Origin: Trichlorobacter lovleyi SZ
Lineage (GTDB): Bacteria > Desulfobacterota > Desulfuromonadia > Geobacterales > Pseudopelobacteraceae
Assembly: GCF_000020385.1 (NCBI RefSeq)
Contig: NC_010814.1
Span: forward strand, 930,001-962,000
Length of the DNA stretch: 32,000 nucleotides
Direction: 5' to 3'
In this document: positions 9,290 through 16,430 of the stretch, piece by piece
Numbering within the stretch: the stretch's first letter is position 1
How the letters are laid out: each line of letters starts with the position of its first letter
Position numbers and translations under genes: made by a program
The notes under the pieces: model-generated
The model's database searches: none
Seen by the model: the letters and a program-made list of their open reading frames with translations, nothing else
Told to the model about the DNA's origin: nothing

Positions 9290-9460
9290 GGGATCGGTTC
9301 CTTTATTGCACCAATTGTTGCAGGCTGGGCGGCCGATAGTAGTGGAACCCTTCAATCGGCCTTTATTGTTGCAGCGTGCGGAGGGGCCGTATCGTTACTT
9401 CTTTTGCTGCCTTTGCTGAAAATACAGAAACAGGGTATCCATAGCACTGCTACCCCGTAA
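9290..9460 (+). pseudogene. MFS transporter, C-terminal fragment (continuation of 5765-6861)
   Basis: Removing the IS and one TSD copy restores ...LYLG-IGSFIAPIVAGWAADSSGTLQSAFIVAACGGAVSLLLLLPLLKIQKQGIHSTATP* in frame. Stop TAA at 9458-9460. Confidence 0.8.
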
Positions 9461-9555
9461 TATGCTGTTTTTGGGAACGTTCTTGATTTTCTTTGTGTTC
9501 GTAGCGGCGTTGTGTGAGTAAATGGCGTTTTCAGATTGATTTTAAGGAGACCACG

Positions 9556-9951
9556 ATGACTAACGGGTATGTATCAGCAGCTGAATTTGATTGTCTGGAG
9601 TTGTACCGCTCTTTTCTCGAACAGGAAACCGACCTGACCGGTACCGTGGTCATGCACCACGGCAGGGTAAAACGGCCCGGTAAACAGGTGCCTGACTTTT
9701 CCTCTGTCGAGCTGAAACCGCTGGCCTTTGATCTGGACAGCAGGATGAGGGCAATTGCCGAGCAGGCGAAGACTCAGTTCAAGTTGAATCAGGTCCTGGT
9801 GGTACACCGGCTTGGCATCATCAATGCCTGTGATACGGTGCTGCTGGCGGTGGTCTCCGGCGCAACCCGGGATCGCTGTTTTGCCGCCTGTTCCTGGATC
9901 GTTGATGAGATCAAACGGGAAGAGTTCATTCAACTGATTGAACATCCCTGA
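9556..9951 (+). CDS. MoaE-like protein (molybdopterin synthase large-subunit family, divergent)
   Basis: AAGGAG RBS before ATG 9556. GTVVMHHGRVK and VLVVHRLGII...LLAVVSGATRDRCFAACSWIVDEIK align with MoaE blocks (VVTFTGKVR; VIHRIGEL...VGVTSAHRSSAFEA...DYLK). Confidence 0.6.
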   Translation: MTNGYVSAAEFDCLELYRSFLEQETDLTGTVVMHHGRVKRPGKQVPDFSSVELKPLAFDLDSRMRAIAEQAKTQFKLNQVLVVHRLGIINACDTVLLAVVSGATRDRCFAACSWIVDEIKREEFIQLIEHP

Positions 9952-9974
9952 TGCCGGAGGGGGGAGGTTGTGGC

Positions 9975-10562
9975 ATGACCGCACCGGTCTTTCAGGACAT
10001 AACCGGTATCATCCTGGTCGGGGGCAAGAGCCGCAGAATGGGGCAGGACAAGGCGTTACTTTCTGTTCAGGGGAAAACGCTGATTGAACGGGCACTGGAA
10101 CCATTTCAGCAATCCTTTGAACAGGTGCTGCTGATCGGGGACAGGCCGGAGCGGTTTGCCGCCTTTCGGCTGCCTGTTGTGCCAGACCTGTACCCCGGCA
10201 GTTCACTCGGCGGCCTGTACACCGGCCTTTACCACGCCAGGACCGAGCATATCTTTGTCACCTCCTGCGACCTGCCGTTTCCCAACCCTGCAATCCTGCG
10301 CTACCTCTGCGATGCCAGGGGCCGCTATGATGCCATCATCCCCTGCAGCAGTCAGGGCAGTGAGCCGCTCTTTGCCTGTTATCGCAAGAGCTGTCTGGAT
10401 GCCATGCGCGACCGGCTCGAACAGCAACGTTTCTCGATTTCTTCCGTCTGTTCTAGTCTGCGTACCAGGCTGGTTCCGTATCAGGATATAGCGTCGTTTG
10501 ATCCTGCAGGGACGGCATTCCTTAACCTGAACACGCCTGAAGATATTGCGCTGCTCAGCTGA
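9975..10562 (+). CDS. mobA: Molybdenum cofactor guanylyltransferase MobA
   Basis: GIILVGGKSRRMGQDKALL N-terminal motif. About 195 aa. GGAGG-rich RBS before ATG 9975. Confidence 0.85.
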   Translation: MTAPVFQDITGIILVGGKSRRMGQDKALLSVQGKTLIERALEPFQQSFEQVLLIGDRPERFAAFRLPVVPDLYPGSSLGGLYTGLYHARTEHIFVTSCDLPFPNPAILRYLCDARGRYDAIIPCSSQGSEPLFACYRKSCLDAMRDRLEQQRFSISSVCSSLRTRLVPYQDIASFDPAGTAFLNLNTPEDIALLS

Positions 10563-10604
10563 GACCTGCCCCTCGGCCGGCAACAGTCAGATCCCGTGAT
10601 CTGA

Positions 10605-10829
10605 TCATGCCTGGGCTTTTTCAAGCTCCTTTGCCCTGGAAAAGAACTCCTGCGCCTTGATCTGCCCCAGTGTCAGGTTGTTTATCAATACCTCGGTCTG
10701 CTGCGAGTCGCATGGCGGAAGACGCTCCGCGTACTCTTTTGAGGTGTCAAACAGGCCCCTCAGCATCAGGAAGGCCCTTTTCATGTCCCTCAACTCTTTT
10801 GCCGCTATCGTTGCCGTCTGTGCGTCCAT
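10605..10829 (-). CDS. Small hypothetical protein (74 aa, predicted helical)
   Basis: AGGATGGGGA RBS-like sequence directly upstream. No family recognised. Confidence 0.45.
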   Translation of the reverse strand: MDAQTATIAAKELRDMKRAFLMLRGLFDTSKEYAERLPPCDSQQTEVLINNLTLGQIKAQEFFSRAKELEKAQA

Positions 10830-10936
10830 ATCCCCATCCTTTCTTTGTATAAATTGTCTGCTGTAGTAGCAAAAGCTGTTCCTGACATTAAGGCTACAGT
10901 GCTCCTTGAGCGGGTAGCGGGCTTGACAGCAGTTGC

Positions 10937-11962
10937 TTAAGGAGCAATATCACAACAGGCCAGGCACTGCTGCAAACGTCTGAGATCCGCCATCAAGGCC
11001 TCAAAGCCGGGAAAGGTCAGGGATTGAGGGCCGTCGGACAAGGCCTTTTCAGGCTCGGGATGCACCTCTACCAGAACACCGTGGGCACCGGCCACCAGGG
11101 CAGCCTTGGACATCGGGGTGACCAGGCTCCGTTTGCCGGTGGCATGGGAGGGATCAACCATGACCGGCAGGTGGGTCAGTTCCTTGACCAGCGGTACCAT
11201 GGCCAGGTCAAGGGTGTTGCGGGTGGCGGTCTCAAAGGTGCGGATGCCCCGCTCGCAGAGGATGACTTGGTCATTCCCTTCGGCCAGGATGTATTCGGCG
11301 GCGGCCAGAAATTCTTCAATGGTGGCGCTCATGCCACGCTTCAGCAGGATCGGCTTTCTGATCCTGCCCAGTTCACGCAGCAGGTCAAAGTTCTGCATGT
11401 TGCGGGCACCGACCTGCAGCAGGTCGGCATACTCGGCCACCAGGGCAACGTTGTCGGGGCTCATGACTTCGGTGACGATCGGCAGGCCGGTGGCTGCACG
11501 GGCCTTGGCCAGCAGTTTTAACCCTTCTTCCCGCAGCCCCTGGAAGGTGTGGGGGCCGGTGCGGGGTTTGAAGGCGCCGCCCCGCAGCAGGTCTGCTCCG
11601 CACTGTTTGACAAAGCGGGCGGTCTTGAGGATCTGTTCTTCCGATTCAACGGCGCAGGGACCGCCAACCACCACCGGACGCTCTCCCTCGCCGATCTTGA
11701 CGCCGGCCACGTCAACGATGGTGTTGTCCGGGTGAAAGTCACGGGAGACCAGTTTGTACGGCTTGGAGACATGGATCGCCTGTTGTACGCCGGGCAGGTC
11801 GCGGATCGTGCTGTCATCCACATACCCCTTGTTGCCCAGGACGCCGATGGCGGTCCGCTCACCACCGGGAATCGGGGCGGCGGTAAATCCCATCCCGCTG
11901 ACTACCTCAATGACCTTGTCTATATCGGCCTGGCTGGCGGTGTGATTCATTACGATCAACAT
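10937..11962 (-). CDS. aroF: 3-deoxy-7-phosphoheptulonate (DAHP) synthase, type I-beta with N-terminal regulatory (FL/ACT-like) domain
   Basis: 341 aa. The N-terminal ~70-aa domain followed by a KDO8PS/DAHPS-like TIM barrel ([22 protein letters not shown]) matches Thermotoga-type DAHPS. Confidence 0.85.
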   Translation of the reverse strand: MLIVMNHTASQADIDKVIEVVSGMGFTAAPIPGGERTAIGVLGNKGYVDDSTIRDLPGVQQAIHVSKPYKLVSRDFHPDNTIVDVAGVKIGEGERPVVVGGPCAVESEEQILKTARFVKQCGADLLRGGAFKPRTGPHTFQGLREEGLKLLAKARAATGLPIVTEVMSPDNVALVAEYADLLQVGARNMQNFDLLRELGRIRKPILLKRGMSATIEEFLAAAEYILAEGNDQVILCERGIRTFETATRNTLDLAMVPLVKELTHLPVMVDPSHATGKRSLVTPMSKAALVAGAHGVLVEVHPEPEKALSDGPQSLTFPGFEALMADLRRLQQCLACCDIAP

Positions 11963-11986
11963 TACTTAAAGCCTTTCCTGGTCCTG

Positions 11987-13438
11987 CTAAAAGGGATACT
12001 GCCGTGTCTCCATTTCCAGAGTAACCCACTGTTGCTCGGTGAATTCGTGCATCGCTTCAATGCCGAATTTCCCCCATCCGCTATTGTTCACACCTCCCAA
12101 AGGGGCATGGGTTTCACCATAGAGTGGAGAATCATTGACATGGCAGGCACCGGACTCAATCCGGCGCGCCAATGCTAGTCCCTGCTGCATGTTGTTGGTG
12201 AGTATGCCTGCAGAAAGCCCATAAGCTGAACTGTTTGCCAACCGTAAAGCGTCATCCGCGTCTTCAGCAACAATGATCGGGGCTACCGGACCAAAGGTTT
12301 CTTCATGAAAGATTGACATGTCTTCGCGTACATTGCCCAGTACTGTCGGATGATAGCAGAGCCCGTTTCCATAGCCTCCGCATAGCAATTCGGCGCCTTC
12401 AGCCACCGCCCGATTTACTTGACCCTCCAAGGTTTCGTACTGTTTGTGATTAATCAGGGGGCCGATTACGGTCGCAGCATCCAGAGGGTTACCCACCTTT
12501 AATGCTGAGGTTCGAGCCACAAATCTTGCGGTAAACTCTTGAGCTACCGTTTTTTCTATAATGAGTCGTTTGGCGTTCATGCAGACCTGCCCCTGATGAA
12601 GAAAACGTCCAAAAATAGCAGCATTGACGGCATGATCCATGTCTGCATCGTTCAAAACGATCAGCGGATCATTGCCGCCCAGTTCCAGAGCTATTCGTTT
12701 GAGATGCCTTCCACATTTTTCGGCAAGTTCACGCCCGACCCGGGTAGAACCGGTAAAGCTGATCCTCTTGACCCGCCGGTCCTGAATAAAGAGATCGCCA
12801 ACTTCGCTGCTTCTGCCATAGCCATGGGTTACGATATTGAACACGCCCTTGGGAAAACCCGCTTCTTCAAACAGCTCTGCCAAGAGAATGCCGCCACTGA
12901 CCGGAGACTCCTCTGACGGTTTCAGTACCACGGTATTGCCGTAGGCCATGGCAAAACAGACTGCGCGCAGACTGAGTACAACGGGACAGTTCCAGGGAGA
13001 TATCCCGGCAACGACACCGACAGGATGTCTCATTACCATTGAAACCTTAGTGGTTTCCGAGGGGAGTATCGTGCCTGTGACCCGATGTGCCTGTGAACCG
13101 GCCTCTCGCAAATAGTTGGGGCCGGCAGCTGCCTGATAGGCGGCAAAAGGCCGTGCTGCGCCGGTTTCCCGGGCAAGCAGGTCAATCAGCTCATCCTTGC
13201 GCTTTTCAAGCAGGTCGGCCGCCTTCAAGAATAAGAGGCGCTTTTGGGAGGGGGCAACGGCTGCCCAGTCTGGAAATGCGTCAGCTGCTGCGTTAACAGC
13301 CAACAGCGCATCCTGTTGGCTGCCGTTTGCCACCGTTGTCAATATCTCTCCCGTGTAGGGATTGAAATCATCAAACCAGCTACCGTCTGCAGAATCCTGC
13401 CACGTGCCGTTGATATACATCTGATAGCCGCTTCTCAT
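11987..13438 (-). CDS. NAD(P)+-dependent aldehyde dehydrogenase (possibly aromatic-aldehyde clade)
   Basis: ELGGNDP and FLHQGQVCMNAKR (catalytic Cys) motifs, 483 aa. HQGQ(I/V)CM resembles benzaldehyde/vanillin dehydrogenases (recalled from memory). Confidence 0.85.
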   Translation of the reverse strand: MRSGYQMYINGTWQDSADGSWFDDFNPYTGEILTTVANGSQQDALLAVNAAADAFPDWAAVAPSQKRLLFLKAADLLEKRKDELIDLLARETGAARPFAAYQAAAGPNYLREAGSQAHRVTGTILPSETTKVSMVMRHPVGVVAGISPWNCPVVLSLRAVCFAMAYGNTVVLKPSEESPVSGGILLAELFEEAGFPKGVFNIVTHGYGRSSEVGDLFIQDRRVKRISFTGSTRVGRELAEKCGRHLKRIALELGGNDPLIVLNDADMDHAVNAAIFGRFLHQGQVCMNAKRLIIEKTVAQEFTARFVARTSALKVGNPLDAATVIGPLINHKQYETLEGQVNRAVAEGAELLCGGYGNGLCYHPTVLGNVREDMSIFHEETFGPVAPIIVAEDADDALRLANSSAYGLSAGILTNNMQQGLALARRIESGACHVNDSPLYGETHAPLGGVNNSGWGKFGIEAMHEFTEQQWVTLEMETRQYPF

Positions 13439-13458
13439 GGCGATAGCATTTCCTTTAG

Positions 13459-13600
13459 CAGGCTGTTGAAAAACTACTACGGAGCCCGTCTACGGCGTTG
13501 CGCGGTGCTCGCTCCTTCTCCTAACTATGCGTTATGTCTCAGTCGCTGTGCGCCGTGCGCCTTGTAGCCGTGCTTCCTCATAACGTTTTTCAACAGCCTG
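13459..13600. repeat. 142-bp palindromic (MITE/REP-like) intergenic element
   Basis: Perfect 16-bp terminal inverted repeat CAGGCTGTTGAAAAAC (13459-13474) / GTTTTTCAACAGCCTG (13585-13600). The interior is partially self-complementary and GC-rich. Confidence 0.65.
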
Positions 13601-13657
13601 TTAGACGGTTTTACGGGGTGCACTAAACTGTAGCATGGCCTCTGAAAGGCCTGGCGC

Positions 13658-14089
13658 TCAACAGATCCGGCTTACCATGTCAACCGGCCGGATGGTTCCG
13701 CCGGCAATCACCCTGGCAAAGATCCCTTCCTTCGGCATGACGCAATCCCCGGCCTGGTGGTAGATGGCGCAGCGGTTATGGCACTCCTTGCCGATCTGGG
13801 TCACCTCAAGAACGGTCTGGCCGACCTGCAGACGGCTGCCGATCGGCAGAGAAACCAGGTCAATACCGCTGGTGGTGATATTCTCGGCAAAATCACCGGT
13901 GGTGACATCCAGGCCTAAAGCTCGCATTTTATCGATACTTTCCTGGGCCAGCAGGCTGATCTGGCGATGCCACTCTCCGGCATGGGCATCACCGACAATG
14001 CCGTGGTTTTCCTGCACCAGCACGGATTCCGCGGGGGTCTTGCGCTGACCTTTAGCGGAACTTACACAGACAGCAATCACCTGAGCCAT
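13658..14089 (-). CDS. MOSC domain-containing protein
   Basis: GIVGDAHAG...HRQISLL...GDFAENITT.G..L..LPIG..L.VG...LEVTQIGKECH pattern. GGAGG RBS before the ATG at 14089 (the ORF-track start at 14101 is less likely). Confidence 0.8.
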   Translation of the reverse strand: MAQVIAVCVSSAKGQRKTPAESVLVQENHGIVGDAHAGEWHRQISLLAQESIDKMRALGLDVTTGDFAENITTSGIDLVSLPIGSRLQVGQTVLEVTQIGKECHNRCAIYHQAGDCVMPKEGIFARVIAGGTIRPVDMVSRIC

Positions 14090-14129
14090 ATATTCCTCCA
14101 ATCAAAGCAAACTGGTCTACTGAGCTGCA

Positions 14130-14651
14130 TCAAGCGGCCATGCCCTGCACAACCCGCTTTATAATGAATTCTGCAACCTGGGCCGGGTTGTTCAGGTCCA
14201 GGACCGGCACATCCAGCTGCAGCGGTTCATCGCTGGCCACTGCCAGCAGGGCCGGATCATGATATTCACCCCGGCAGATCAGCTTCGCCTCTCCCGCACG
14301 GCGGTGAACCTCAATCTTGGGCAGCGTGCTGCGCTTGAACCCCTCAACAAGTACCAGATCCACGTCCTCAAAATAGGCGGCAATCAGCTCCTCCGGAGAG
14401 GGGGAGGCGGCATGGCGTTTTACCAGCGCCAGGGTCTCCGACGAGGTGATGACCGTGGTATCGGCACCGGCATGGGTGAAGCGGTAACTGTCCTTGCCCG
14501 GGTGATCGATCTCAAAGCGGTGGGCATCGTGCTTGATCGCGCCGACCCGTACTCCCCGTGCCTTAAGTGCCACGATGACCTTTTCGAGCAGCGTTGTCTT
14601 GCCGGTTCCTGAAGGGGCAACGAATGAGACGACCGGTTTGTGCATGTTCAC
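14130..14651 (-). CDS. mobB: Molybdopterin-guanine dinucleotide biosynthesis adapter protein MobB
   Basis: VSFVAPSGTGKTTLLEKVI (P-loop), IKHDAHRFEIDHPGKDSYR. Confidence 0.85.
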   Translation of the reverse strand: MNMHKPVVSFVAPSGTGKTTLLEKVIVALKARGVRVGAIKHDAHRFEIDHPGKDSYRFTHAGADTTVITSSETLALVKRHAASPSPEELIAAYFEDVDLVLVEGFKRSTLPKIEVHRRAGEAKLICRGEYHDPALLAVASDEPLQLDVPVLDLNNPAQVAEFIIKRVVQGMAA

Positions 14652-14762
14652 CTCACCGGTTCGCCTGCAGGGCGACCGGTATCTTCATGACGTTTATCTG
14701 CCTGGTGCCGTGTAACTCTCATTTTTACGGATACTCCTCCCGCCTGCTGAATCTCTCTTTCT

Positions 14763-15823
14763 CCTGATTAGCGCCAATCTTCCGCTTGGCGAAGTTTTGC
14801 TTCCGGCAGCTTCTTTGTTTTGACCGCTGCCGCCACGAGTCGCTTTAGCATGCCAGCCAGATCAAAGCGGCGGTTGAAACGATATTGAAACTCGCCAAGG
14901 TAGCGATAGGCATATTTCTCAAAGTCAAAGGCATGGTAGGTGCCAGTTATAGAGTTTTTCAGATTGCCGAGAACCGTATTGATCCAGCTGAAGCATTTCA
15001 TGCTGGTACTTTTTCTGTCTTTACCAACGACCTCACGCTGATGAACACATCCGGCAGCCTCAACTGCCTGGAAACACCAGAGGCCATCGGATACGATTAA
15101 AGCTGATGGTGCAAGGAAACTTTTGGCCCATATTTCGACTTCTTCCTTGCAGAAGCTCTTTACCGTACTGAATACCGCATAGAGTGGATGGCCTTGGTTG
15201 TTGGTCTGTACAGCAGCAATAAACGGCACCTTGTTTTCAGAGCCGCGGCCAACCTTGCCACCGGGTAGTTCACCGCCGAGGTAGGCATCATCTACCTCAA
15301 CGCGGTCTGATAATACGGTTGTTTGCTCACGTTCAAACATGGCCTGCATTATTTTGTGCTTGATGCGCCAGGCAGCACGATAGCTGATACCAGCCAGACG
15401 TCGGAGTTCCAGGATCGATACATTATTCTTGCTCTGTGTCAGAAAGAACATGGCCTGGAACCAGATCGTCAGCGGTAACTTTGTTGAGTGAAAGAGCGTC
15501 CCCTCAGTAAGGGTAGTCTGGGTTCTACAGGAACTGCACTGGAACACCTTGACTGAAACACCACGCCGATAGGTGAAGTGGTGAGTATTACCACATTTGG
15601 AACAGGTAAAACCGCCGGGCCAACGGGCTGACTCTACAACCGTCTCACATTGTTCCTGAGAGCCGTACAACTCAAGGAACTTGTTCAGACTAAGTCCTGG
15701 CTGAAACTGTATCAGATTCATTTTCATGGCAACCACCTCCGCATAAGTTGCCATGAATCTTAACATGCTGTAGTGACCAAATATGTCGTTTTGCCAATCT
15801 GCGGAAGATTGGCGCTAATCAGG
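14763..15823 (-). mobile_element. IS1595-family insertion sequence, 1061 bp, perfect 23-bp IRs and 8-bp TSD CTCTTTCT
   Basis: CCTGATTAGCGCCAATCTTCCGC (14763-14785) is the exact reverse complement of 15801-15823. CTCTTTCT at 14755-14762 and 15824-15831. Confidence 0.9.
14768..15727 (-). CDS. IS1595-family transposase (N-terminal zinc ribbon + DDE domain)
   Basis: CSKCGN...CSSCRTQ zinc ribbon, then VEVDDAYLGG and GRGSENKVPFIAAV typical of ISXO2-like/IS1595 transposases. GGAGGTGG RBS before MKMNLIQ. The stop lies inside the IR. Confidence 0.85.
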   Translation of the reverse strand: MKMNLIQFQPGLSLNKFLELYGSQEQCETVVESARWPGGFTCSKCGNTHHFTYRRGVSVKVFQCSSCRTQTTLTEGTLFHSTKLPLTIWFQAMFFLTQSKNNVSILELRRLAGISYRAAWRIKHKIMQAMFEREQTTVLSDRVEVDDAYLGGELPGGKVGRGSENKVPFIAAVQTNNQGHPLYAVFSTVKSFCKEEVEIWAKSFLAPSALIVSDGLWCFQAVEAAGCVHQREVVGKDRKSTSMKCFSWINTVLGNLKNSITGTYHAFDFEKYAYRYLGEFQYRFNRRFDLAGMLKRLVAAAVKTKKLPEAKLRQAEDWR

Positions 15824-15850
15824 CTCTTTCTTGAGGTGAGAGATAACAGG

Positions 15851-15874
15851 CTCCCCCCTTCGGTAAGGGGGGAG
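15851..15874 (-). terminator. GC hairpin downstream of the CDGSH gene
   Basis: ctcccccc-ttcggtaa-ggggggag, 26 nt beyond the stop at 15900. No strong U-tract. Confidence 0.4.
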
Positions 15875-15899
15875 TGAGGGGGGATGTCGTTGTTACGGA

Positions 15900-16241
15900 C
15901 TACTTTGTGTGACTGCCGTCGCAGAACGGGGCTGTCTTTGTCTTGCCGCAGTTGCACAGCTTGACCTGTTGCTTTTCCGTGATCTCGAATTCAAGCGGAG
16001 ACATGCCGCTGCCTGCATGCGATCCGTCGCAGAACGGCATGGTCTTTGATTTTCCGCAGGTACAGCGCTGATAGGTGCCGGGCTCCAGCTCGACCGTAAT
16101 CGGCTCTGGCTTGGGCTCTTCTCCGAGTGCTGTCTTGCAGAACGGACAGATCTTTTGTTTCACTCCGCCTATCGCTGCAAGCTTCTTCTTGCAATTCGGG
16201 CACTCCTGCGGCTTGTTTACTCCTGCTGGTCTAAAACACAT
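15900..16241 (-). CDS. Zinc-ribbon protein with two CDGSH-type [2Fe-2S] domains
   Basis: Two exact CDGSH signatures, CTCGKSKTMPFCDGSH and CNCGKTKTAPFCDGSH. N-terminal CPNCK...CPFCK ribbon. GGGAGGAG RBS. Confidence 0.85.
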   Translation of the reverse strand: MCFRPAGVNKPQECPNCKKKLAAIGGVKQKICPFCKTALGEEPKPEPITVELEPGTYQRCTCGKSKTMPFCDGSHAGSGMSPLEFEITEKQQVKLCNCGKTKTAPFCDGSHTK

Positions 16242-16303
16242 AGATGTACTCCTCCCTGTAGGTTTTGGAAAATTTCCGAGAAATTTACCTCTGCCTCTGC
16301 CTT

Positions 16304-16319
16304 AGCATCTGCCATGCCA
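16304..16319 (-). promoter_or_regulatory. Sigma-54 (-24/-12) promoter candidate for the CDGSH gene
   Basis: The minus strand reads TGGCATGGcagaTGCT, with GG-N10-GC spacing correct. About 60 nt upstream of ATG 16241. Confidence 0.6.
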
Positions 16320-16399
16320 TTCTTGTTGAATGCGCTAACATGTCAATTTTGCGGTAGTTGTTAATTAATGTCTGGACAGTATATTCTTCTTTTGGCATT

Positions 16400-16409
16400 G
16401 TGATTATCA
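16400..16409. promoter_or_regulatory. Candidate enhancer (UAS) TTGATAATCA (palindromic core TGATWATCA)
   Basis: Read in the promoter orientation it is the same 10-mer as at 18268-18277. The core centre is 87.5 bp from the GG of the 16304-16319 promoter. It also lies about 25 nt upstream of the activator's own start codon. Confidence 0.5.
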
Positions 16410-16430
16410 ATTTGAGATAGGGAGGATGCC

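Noticed and set aside
9234-9419. 61-aa ORF crossing the right end of the IS21 element.
   Set aside because: It is out of frame relative to the MFS C-terminal fragment (9290-9460), which restores the interrupted transporter perfectly. The ORF starts inside the IS terminal repeat.
16393-16408. Sigma-54-like TGGCATtgtgaTTATC just upstream of the activator gene.
   Set aside because: The -12 element lacks the essential GC (TTAT instead of TTGC). The sequence is better explained as flanking or overlapping the TGATTATCA UAS-like palindrome.
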